Shown piece by piece: positions 13,305-24,976 of a stretch of DNA of 64,000 nt. A model generated the notes under the pieces. It worked only from the letters and a program-made list of their open reading frames with translations, ran no database searches and had not been told where the DNA came from. The translations under genes and the position numbers were made by a program. Within the stretch, counting starts at the first letter, position 1, and every line of letters starts with the position of its first letter. Source of the DNA: Octopus vulgaris (taxonomy: Eukaryota); NCBI GenBank assembly GCA_951406725.2, contig OX597830.1:12214001-12278000 (forward strand), written 5' to 3'.

Positions 13305-14921
13305 CTGGAAAAGATAGAAATAACTGTGTTAGAAAAATGCATTTACAGGGAAATTGTTAGAACAAATATATAAATTGTTTTGTTTTTGAATCAATGTGTT
13401 TAATACATTTTGCTAAAAAATTGCATTGGACAGACGTGAAAACTTACAAAACTTAAAAAAATTTGATAATACAAAATTAAAAAGTATCATTTTTGAAAGT
13501 ACAAAGCTAAGTAATTATATTTAATTGGATAATAAACAGTCTTCAACTGCGATATCACAATTTGCTGTCACATAAAATTGTCGAATACCGTAAAGTAAAA
13601 TAGAAATGAAATCATTTGATATCTGTGCAATAATATGATATTACTATACGTAGTTTAGGGAGCATCTTACCCATTTACGATGCGATGCACACTTATGATG
13701 ATGTGATATGCCTCAGGAAAAAAAAAAATTGTCGCCATGATGTAACATAAATGCGAATATGGCACTCATCATGGTATGTCAGACACTTTGATGTTGCATA
13801 AGCTAAAACGTGGCACATGTTATAGTGTAACAAACAGTATGATGTGGTGCATACAGAAGTATGGCAATTATAGAAAACACTATAATATTATTACGGAGAT
13901 GTACTTGCATAGCGAGTGACTTGATCTGAGATCGTGTGCTGGAACGAAAACAATTGCAGCGTGGAAGGTGTTTATAAGTCTTTTAAGAAACACACAAAAA
14001 CCGTTAGATTCACTTCAACATTTAAATTAGTGCTGCATCTCAGCCCGAAGATGCAGCACGAAGTTTTGTCAGTGAACAGGTCGCGGTCTCAAAGCGACGA
14101 AAATATTTTGACAAATTAAACTTAAATGTTGAAGTGAATCTAACGGTTTTTGTGTGTTTCTGAAATGGCTTATAAACACCTTCCACATTGCAACTATAAT
14201 ATTAAAGGAATCAAAACGTTACACATACTGTGACTTGGAGTGCACAGCTATAGGGAAGAAATTCATATGTGGCAGACAATCTAATGTAGTTGGCACCACA
14301 ATGTGATACATAAAGTTATGCGATAGATCACCCCTACGATATATATATATATATAATGTTACGGTCCCCGATTTTCTCATCTCTGACCGTACGGATTTCT
14401 CTTTCATGAAACTATGATTACGATAAATAGGATTCAAAGTCATTAAGTTAATGATCCATTTGCATGTACACACGCACACGCATGCGCGGGCATGCACACA
14501 TATAAATAGAACCAGGACTGGAGTACAGGTGTCATATTTTGGACAGTGTTGATTGTTTTAAGCAAAAAAACATCGTTCGCAACATCGAAAGGGACCATCT
14601 GTTGATAAATCAGCTCTATTGACGCAAGAGGAGTAATGCCAGTGAACATATCATACACAACATTTCCAATCACATCGTCAAAGAAACTGAACTTTTTTTT
14701 TTTTTTACTCTCTTTTACTTGTTTCAGTCATTTGACTGCGGCCATGCTGGAGCACCGCCTTTAGTCGAGCAAATCGACCCCGGGACTTATTCTTGTTGTA
14801 AGCCCAGTACTTATTATATCGGTCTCTTTTGCCGAACCGCTAAGTGACGGGGACGTAAACACATCAGCATCGGTTGTCAAGCAATGCTAGGGAGACAAAC
14901 ACAGACACACAAACACATACA

Positions 14922-14973
<52 letters not shown>

Positions 14974-17900
14974 TACGACGGGCTTCTTTCAGTTTCCGTC
15001 TACCAAATCCACTCACAAGGCATTGGTCGGCCCGGGGCTATAGCAGAAGACACTTGCCCAAGATGCCACGCAGTGGGACTGAACCCGGAACCATGTGGTT
15101 GGTTAGCAAGATACTTACCACATAGCCACTCCTGCGCCTTGTTCAAATTACTAACATACAACCAAGCTATTCAATTCTACATCTACAAATGCTACATTAA
15201 AATATATTTCTCTGAACTATGTACCAGTATACCCTTTTGCACCCAGACATACCCATGGTTTTCTCCTCATCACCTTTATTGCTTTCACTTCCCACATCCT
15301 GCACTAAATACATCACCCAGGTCTTCCTTCTCAAAACTGTACTCCACAGGAATAATTCGCCATTCCATCGACGTTGTTTTCTGCAGGGTATCGTTCCACA
15401 GATGCTTAAACTGTTCATCAGTCTTCTCCCGATTAATATGAGAGAGATTGAAAAAGTTACTGCTCATACCTCTTTTGATAACTTATAAAAATATACAAAC
15501 ATATAAGTCAAACATATTTCTGTAAAAAAATTTCATTCACGAAAGCAATTTCGTCTTCAAAAGCGAAATTAACTGAATGAGTTGTAGCATCTATTATATA
15601 TAGGAGCACTCCGTCGGTTACGACGATGAGGGTCCCAGCTGATACGACCAACAGAACAGCCTGCTCGTGGAATTAACGTGCAAGTGGCTGAGCATTCCAC
15701 AGACACGTGTACCCTTAACGTAGTTCTCGAGGAGATTCAGCGTGACACAGAGTGTGACAAGGCTGGCCCTTTGAAATACAGGTACAACAGAAACAGGAAG
15801 AAAGAGTGAGAGAAAGTTGTGGTGAAAGAGTACAGCAGGGTTCACCACCACCCCCTGCAGGAGCCTTGTGAAGCTTTAGGTGTTTTCGCTCAATAAACAC
15901 TCACAATGCCCGGTCTGGGAATCGAAACCGCTACCCTGACCACTGGGCCATTGCGCCTCCACAGCATCTATTACAGATTTACTGTACATAAATTTGGTTC
16001 TCTAAATGTTTAATTTTTAATATAAAAGTACAAATAAACATTTCGAAATATTTATTAGAAAGTCTAATTATTTGTATGCTGTTTTAAATAAGTTGTGTTA
16101 CTTACCAAGTGTGAAGTATATAGCTTCACTCTTTTTACCATCGCCATCACCACTCCAAGCTAAAACTCTCAGCTTATATAAAGTGTCTTTCTCCAGATCG
16201 CCAAGAACGCCATCTTCAACGAAGCCAATATCTTTGCAGTTATCCAAGTCCCAGACTTCTCTTACAGATCGGTAACATAGCTAAAATAAGAATGCATTTC
16301 ACTAGAGCGTTACATTAGCAATACTATTTCATGAAATTACATATTAAAGGTGCAGGAATGGCTGTGTGGTAAGTAGCTTGTTTACCAACCACATGGTTCC
16401 GGGTTCAGTCCCACTGCGTGGCACCTTGGGCAAGTTTCTTCTACTATAGTCTCGAGCCGACCAAAGCCTTGTGAGTGGATTTGGTAGACGGAAACTGAAA
16501 GAAGCCCGTCGTATATATGTATATATATATATATGCGTGTGTGTGTTTGTGTGTCTGTGTTTGTCCCCCTAGCATTGCTTGACAACCGATGCTGGTGTGT
16601 TTATGTCCCCGTTACTTAGCGGTTCGACAAAAGAGACCGATAGAATAAGTACTGGGTTTACAAAAGAATAAGTCTCGGGGTCGATTTGCTCGACTAAAGG
16701 CGGTGCTCCAGCATGGCCGCAGTCATTACTGAGCTACAAACTACCGCCATTGATAATTCGACCCCAGAGATCATTTACATAATGTTAGTTGCTATACATT
16801 AATGCCAATATATATTGTTTCATATTTTGAACTGCCCAGTTTTGCCAAAATATAGTTCGGATATCTTCGCTAATTCAAATTTCCCCAGTACGTATCAATG
16901 TTTTAGTGTTCCTAGTATTGGTATGCCATAATGTGAAGGAAAGTTCAGGACATTCAGCTCTGAATACAGGAATATCCCCCCCCCAAACCACTTACTCTTT
17001 TACTCTTTTACTTGTTTCAGTCATTTGACTGCGGCCATGCTGGAGCACCGCCTTTAGTCGAGCAAATCGACCCCGGGACTTATTCTTTGTAAGCGCAGTA
17101 CTTATTCTATCGGTCTCTTTTGCCGAACCGCTAAGTGACGGGGACGTAAACACACCAGCATCGGTTGTCAAGCAATGCTAGGGGGACAAACACAGACACA
17201 CAAACATATATACACACACACTTATATATATATACATATATACGACAGGCTTCTTTCAGTTTCCGTCTACCAAATCCACTCACAAGGCATTGGTCGGCCC
17301 GGGACTATAGCAGAAGACACTTGCCCAAGATGCCACGCAGTAGGACTGAACCCGGAACCATGTGGTTGGTTAGCAAGCTACTTACCACACAGCCACTCCT
17401 GCGCCTATTCATGCATCTTAGAAAAATGATTATTGTTTGGCCCTAAACATACCCTGCAAAAAAGGCGGGGAGTACTTTTAACTCTTAATAAATCGCCTAA
17501 TTAATTTTATTTAATTCAAGCATATTTTTAGTGGTATGTCTAACAAGATGTTTGCTTCAATACCTCCATTCAGTTTAGGTGCCTTTCACAGAGATATTGC
17601 TAAAGAGTATGTTGTTAACGAGATATTTTTACATCGAAATGAAAACTTAGGGAATGCCTGGATAAATTATTCATCAGTTTAGTTATATATTATGTGACCC
17701 CTATAGACTAGAAGAATACCAATGGCACCTACGATTCTCTTTAAATTCTCCTTTCATTTTTGCTCTATTTTTGTTAATTTTTTACATTATCTTCCTCCTC
17801 CTCCTCCTCCTCCTCCTCCCTCTTATCTTTTTGGCTATCTTTGTACACTATATTCTTAGACACTATATTTTTACATATCTTACTTTATCCTTTACGCCAA

Positions 17901-18503
17901 TCTTTAACTTCCTCCACTCACTTTACCTATCTTTCTATTTATTTACTTTTCTTTCTTTATACCATTTAATAGCCACCTCGGCTACCATTCTGTTATTGAA
18001 CGTTGATATGTTCGCGTCTTTTTTTCTGGATGTTCACAATATCAGGACTTCAACCCACATGGATTTACGCAGGATTGCACCTAAGGGCCTATGGACTTAT
18101 TTCTACAAGATCGAAAAGTTGAACTGTGAACTTTTATGCTTCTTTATTCTTCTCTTTCTTCATCTCCTTATTCCTTTACTCCTGTCCTCTATGGCGTCAT
18201 TTCATTAATCTATACCCTTCTCATTTTCCTTATTTGTCTCTGACGACAGAATACCCCATACTCTTGGATATCGCAGAAACAGCCGTAAGACTTTATTCTT
18301 TCCAATAATAATATTGCATATGACGGGAGATGTTTTCCTTGCGTTAACGTTTGTTGTCCTCTAACAATTATATATCCACTGTATCGGAAATCTGCAATGG
18401 CCCCATAACTACCATCTCGGCTATAACCTCGGAGCCCTAGTAATCCGTTACAGCACTTACCTAGCGTACATAACCGTTTAGATCATACCTGAACTAAACC
18501 GCC

Positions 18504-18549
<46 letters not shown>

Positions 18550-18569
18550 TACATCCATATATATATATA

Positions 18570-18619
<50 letters not shown>

Positions 18620-21600
18620 ACACTGATAGACGGAAACTGAGAGTTTCCGGCTATCAAATCCACTCACAAGAGTGCCGCAGTACCACGCATTGCGACCGAA
18701 CTTAAGACCGTATGATGGGGAAGCAAGCTTGTTACCCACACGACCACACTAGTCCTTAATAAACATTGTATTCAGTAAACTCTCTTTACTCTTTACTCTT
18801 TTACTTGTTTCAGTCATTTGACTGCGGCCATGCTGGAGCACCGCCTTTAGTCGAGCAAATCGACCCCGGGACTTATTCTTTTTGTAAGCCCAGTACTTAT
18901 TCTATCGGTCTCTTTTTGCCGAACCGCTAAGTTACGGGGACGTAAACACACCAGCATCGGTTGTCAAGCAATGCTAGGGGGACAAACACAGACACACAAA
19001 CATATACACACACACTTATATATATATACATATATACGACAGGCTTCTTTTCAGTTTCCGTGTACCAAATCCACTCACAAGGCATTGGTCGGCCCGGGGC
19101 TATAGCAGAAGACACTTGCCCAAGATCCCACACAGTGGGACTGAACCCGGAACCATGTGGTTGGTTAGCAAGCTACTTACCACACAGCCACTCCTGCGCC
19201 TATGTAGTAAAAAAAAAACTAATAATGTACCAAGCATTTTCAGTGTTCAAAGAATTTTACCTTATAACCTGTTACAGGGCTTTCGTCAATACCAAATCCT
19301 ATTCCGCGGAATTTTACTTCAACGCTTGAACTGTCTCTTGAGTAAACGGTGACTTCAGTAGGGAAATTTAAGGGCGCTGGATGGTAATAAAAGTGAAAAG
19401 AAAAATATGAAAAACAAAAATTAAAATTAATTTTCAGTTGCATATATGACTAAAACTTCTCTTTCCAAAATTCTAGAAGATCAACCTATTTCTTTACTAC
19501 CCACAAGGGGCTAAACACAGAGAAGACAAACAAGGACATACATAGGTATTAAGTCGATTGCATCGACCCCAGTGCGTAACTGGTACTTAATTTACCGACC
19601 CCGAAAGGATGAAAGGTAAAGTCGACCTCGACGGAATTTGAACTCACAACGTAACGGCAGACGAAATACCTATTTCTTTATTACCCACAAGGGGCTAAAC
19701 ACAGAGGGGACAAACAAGGACATACATAGGTATTAAGTCGATTACATCGACCCCAGTGCGTAACTGGTACTTAATTTACCGACCCCGAAAGGATGAAAGG
19801 TAAAGTCGGCCTCGACGGAATTTGAACTCACAACGTAACGGCAGACGAAATACCTATTTCTTTATTACCCACAAGGGGCTAAACACAGAGGGGACAAACA
19901 AGGACAGACATAGGTATTAAGTCGATTACATCGACCCCAGTGCGTAACTGGTACTTAATTTACCGACCCCGAAAGGATGAAAGGTAAAGTCGACCTCGAC
20001 GGAATGTGAACTCACAACGTAACGGCAGACGAAATACCTATTTCTTTATTACCCACAAGGGGCTAAACATAGAGGGGACAAACAAGGACAGACATAGGAC
20101 ATAGGTATTAAGTCGATTACATCGACCCCAGTACGTAACTGGTACTTAATTTACCGACCCCGAAAGGATGAAAGGTAAAGTCGACCTCGACGGAATTTGA
20201 ACTCACAACGTAACGGCAGACGAAATACCGCTAAGCATTTCGTCCAGCGTGCTAACGTTTCTGCCAGCTCGCTGCCTTTCTAGAAGACCAACCGTTATAC
20301 TTCTACCTATTGTTCAGCATCGCTAGTCACTTTTTAAATCTGGAGATCCAGTTAGCATATGAAGAAGTAATGTGGAAAAAGAAACAACAATATCTATCTG
20401 AATAATTCGATATTTATAATTTTTCTCTGAAAGTTGAAGAAAATAATAGCAAGATTTTCAAATTTACCATCCATTCCTGTTGAACCAAGATATTTTTCAC
20501 TGAGAGGACCAAGACCAGCGGTGTTAAACACCTGAACTGTTACCCAATAGTATCCATTTGGAAAGAGCCCAATAATGATTGCTTCACTGATTTCACCATA
20601 GAATGATTGCGAGTAGCGTATAGGATCATCAACATCTCTGTTTTCCCAATTTATCTGTTTGAAAGCATAGAGACAGTAAAAAATAAATCTTCGGGTTTCC
20701 TTTCGGGAATTATGCATACGTTTTAAAAATGTGGCATCATCTGATTATAATCTAATTTAAAATATGTTCTTTATTCATGGAGCACGGCCAACAATTTGGG
20801 GGAGGGGGTGAGACGATTACATCGACCCAGTATTCATGTAGTACTTATTTTATCGACCCCGAAAAGACGAAAGTCAACCTCAGCGGAATTTGAATTTAAA
20901 ATGTGAAGACGGACAAAATTCTGCTAAACTTTTTTTTGCCCGGCGCGCTAACGATTCTGCCTGCTCGCCGACTTTGCATTAAAAATATATTATCAGTAAG
21001 AATACTAAATGTTAAAAAATGTTGTCAACTATTTACTTCTTAACCAATTGAATTATTAAAATTATACTAAAAGTATGTAGAATTACATAGCCTTTATTGA
21101 AAATTGATTAGTCTTTTATCTCAGAGAAATAGTATAGAACATTTTTTTCTTTTAAAATTAATGAAAGATAATCGTTTCTAATATGGAAACAAGGTCACAT
21201 TTTGGAGGATTGTATAGCTACTTCATTGGTACATATTTTATCAATCCTTAAAAAAAAAATCGTTCCTTATAGCAGTGCTTTTCAAACTTTTTGCTGGAGC
21301 GGAACCCCAAGAAAACATTCCACTGACTCGAGGAACCCCTGTGCAATAATTTAATAGTCTTATGCACACATATCTGCACAGGAGACTTAAAAATTACTGC
21401 CGATTTTAGCAGTTTTGTAACTTCTTGCGGAACCCCTGGACTGTACTGGCGGAACCCTGGTTGAAAACCACTGCCTTATAGTATTGCAAAGGTTAACAAT
21501 GGTGTATGCTTGAGACTGCTTTCTGAAGGAAATACTAAAAACTTAAAAATACGGATGATATTCCTGAATTAATTACCTGATATCCTAATATTTTTCCTCT

Positions 21601-24600
21601 CATAGTTGGGCGATCATTTACAGGTGGTGTCCATGTGATTATGAGAGCTGTTGCGTTATAAGTATCAGCAAAAACATCGACGGGAACAGCGCGAGGCACT
21701 AAAAGATAATGTATTCATGTAATTAATTAATTAATGTTACATGACTAGCAGTAGCTTAAACGCAATTCAATCGCAACATCATTATGAGTATCTAGCGGCC
21801 ATAGGAAAGAATATTATATAAATGTTTTGAAACTTACAGTCTTCGGCTGAATAAATACTTGATATAGTGGAATTAGGACCCAAGCCTTTCTCATTAAACG
21901 CTTGCACTTTGACTTCGTAGAGTGTGTAATAATTCAGCCCAGCCAAAGCGTAATATTCCTTCGCTTGTCCTTTCATTACATGCTGAAATAGAAATGTTGA
22001 TATTTTGTTTAAGAATATATCTTGCAGTATCATAGTTTTCATACAATCTATATCAGTGCTTTTCAAACTTTTTGCTGGAGCGGAACCCCAAGGAAACATT
22101 CCACTGGCTCGGGGAACCCCTTTGGAATAATTTAATAGTCTTATGCACACATATCTGCACAGGAGAATTAAAAATTACTGCCGATTTTAGCAGTTTTGTA
22201 ACTTCTGGCGGAACCCCTGGACTGTACTGGCGGAACCCTGGTTGAAAACCACTGATCTATATTATGCAGAAATAACTCTCCTCTTGGGGCGGCATTTCTA
22301 TTATCTTTTATCTTTTACTCGTTACAGTCATTAGACAGCGGCCATACTGGAGCATCGCATTGAAGAATTTTTAGTCGAACGAATCGATCCCAGTACTTAA
22401 ATTTTTAAAGACTTGATACATATTCATTTCCATTTGATTTATTTTGACACCTTTTGCCGGGTATTTAGCTAGTCAGCTTGGTTAGCAACTTGTCTGAGGT
22501 TTTTGCGATTTTGTCTGCGAATCAGAAGTGTATTAGTAAGTCGCCGTTGATGTTAATACTAATAAACCTCCGATTCGCCAGTCAATGTCTCTGATGACCA
22601 TTTCAAGTAGTTCGGTATTGAGTTTTGGAGAGGTGGAATTTCCTTACCTGATGCACTTTCCAACTGGACGGGTGGTGACAGTTAAATTCAAATGCAACGA
22701 GATAGGACTCATCAAAACATGTGATAGCGAAGGACCAAGTGCAAAATATATAGACGGAAGTGTTGTGAGACTGGGAAAGGTAGAGGCTGCCAGAGCAAGA
22801 GGTAGCGTAAGTTTCATCGTAAGCAAAGAATGGGCGTGGAAATTCGTATCTTGCAATTTTTCTTCATCATGCGTCGAGGTGATAAATGTTTGCTTCTCAG
22901 GATCATCCCCACTTATGCTATCTCTATAGTGGAAGCACTCCGTCGGTTACGACGACGAGGGTTCCGGTTGATCCGATCAACGGAACAGCCTGCTCGTGAA
23001 ATTAACGTGTAAGTGGCTGAGCACTCCACAGACACGTGTACCCTTAACGTAGTTCTCGGGGATATTCAACGTGACACAGAGAGTGACAAGGCCGGCCCTT
23101 TGAAATACAGGTACAACAGAAACAGGAAGTAAGAGTGAGAGAATGTAGTGGTGAAAGACTACAGCAGGGATCACCACCATCCCCTGCCGGAGCCTCGTGG
23201 AGCTTTAGGTGTTTTTGCTCAATAAACACTCACAACGCCCGGTCTGGGAATCGAAACCGCGATCCTACGACCGCGAGTCCGCTGCCCTAACCACTGGGCC
23301 ATTGCGTCTCCTCTATCTCTATAACAGCAAGGATGATAAAGTGGAAGAGTTCTATCAAGATCTAGAAAAAGTGCTAGCTCGCAAATCTATTTGTACCGTC
23401 GTGATGGACGATTTCAACGTAATGTTTGGCAACGCATGACTGGGCGAGAAACGCGGTGGGAATTTTCGATTGTAAAAAGAAATTAAAGAAGCAAGAAAAC
23501 TTTACTTCCAGGAACAGCCTATTCCGGAAAAAAAAATCCAGAGAAGGATCTGGAGAGGCTTCAAAGTGTGTTTAAGTTCACCCCGGATATTTTGAAACTA
23601 ATGGTGATTATTTATTTCTCAAATGCAACGAATTAATTGTAGATGTTAAGCATAAATGAAAATTAACGTTCCAGCATTAATTTAATTAAAATGATTAGCA
23701 TTTCATTAGAGATACTTCTCCCCCCCCCCCCCATTTCCTTCGACGTCTTTCCCTGTTTTCTATGTTTTTTTTTCTTCTCTAATCCTTATTTCTTTATTGC
23801 CCACAAGAGGCTAAACATAGAGGTGATAAACAAGGACATTAAGTCGATTACATCGACCCCAGTGCTTAACTGGTACTTAATTTATCGACCCCGAAAGGAT
23901 GAAAGGCAAAGTTGACCTCGGCGGAATTTGAACTCAGACCGCAACGGAAGACGAAGTACGGCTACGCATTTCGCCCGGCGTGCTAACGGTTCTGCCAGCT
24001 CGCCGCCTTTTCTTCTCTAATCCTATCTCCTACTAACATCCGAAACGATGTCCATACTCGACTAATATGTAATTAACTGTCTTATATTTTTCTGAAATAC
24101 CTACTTCATAGAAAAACGATGTCTTGTATTGGCATATAAACTCTATTATTTACCAAAGTGACACATCGACATGACAACTTCACATATTACTCAAAAACTG
24201 CCGAAGACTCTGTGTATTCTCGATACCTCCACTAATCTCGTTCATTGTATCTTTGTCTTGTACACCGTCATTGACCACCCTGTGGCAACGATGCAATTTC
24301 TCCTCTTCTCCTCTGGACGCCATCTACTCGCAATACCAGAGGGCGCACACTCTCCTACCCTTGTGTAATCGCCAGGGATACAGGCATCCAGCAACAGGAC
24401 CTCCGTAATGCTATGATGGACCGTGAAGTCTGGCGTCGCATGGTAAATTCCATTGTCTCGACCACGGTCGAACAATGATGATGATACATGATCATCTTCT
24501 ACTGTTATTTTTGGACTTATACATTCAGTCATTGCCCAATGAACCCGATTTATAACTCTGAATAGAAAATCATATGTAATACTTTAGACCTCTTCTCACT

Positions 24601-24933
24601 TTAATTTTCCATTTTTTAAATTGACTTAATTGATTTTAGTTGCTTATTTGCTTTCATGTTCAGTATAATACCAATATACCTCGTGCCTGTAGTATTCAAC
24701 CAAATACAAATAAATGCGTATTCTTTCTTTTATTCTTTTACTTGTTTCAGTCATTTGACTGCGGCCATGCTGGAGCACCGCCTTTAGTCGAGCAAATCGA
24801 CCCCAGGACTTATTCTTTGTAAGCCCAGTACTTATTCTATCGGTCTCTTTTGCCGAACCGCTAAGTGACGGGGACGTAAACGCACCAGCATCGGTTATCA
24901 AGCAATGCTAGGGGGACAAACACAGACACACAA

Positions 24934-24976
<43 letters not shown>

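Noticed and set aside
14874-15441. Recurrent ORFs such as MSSNARGTNTDTQ / MLGGQTQTHKH / MVVIPAVLFHH
   Set aside because: Chance reading frames through SINE copies.
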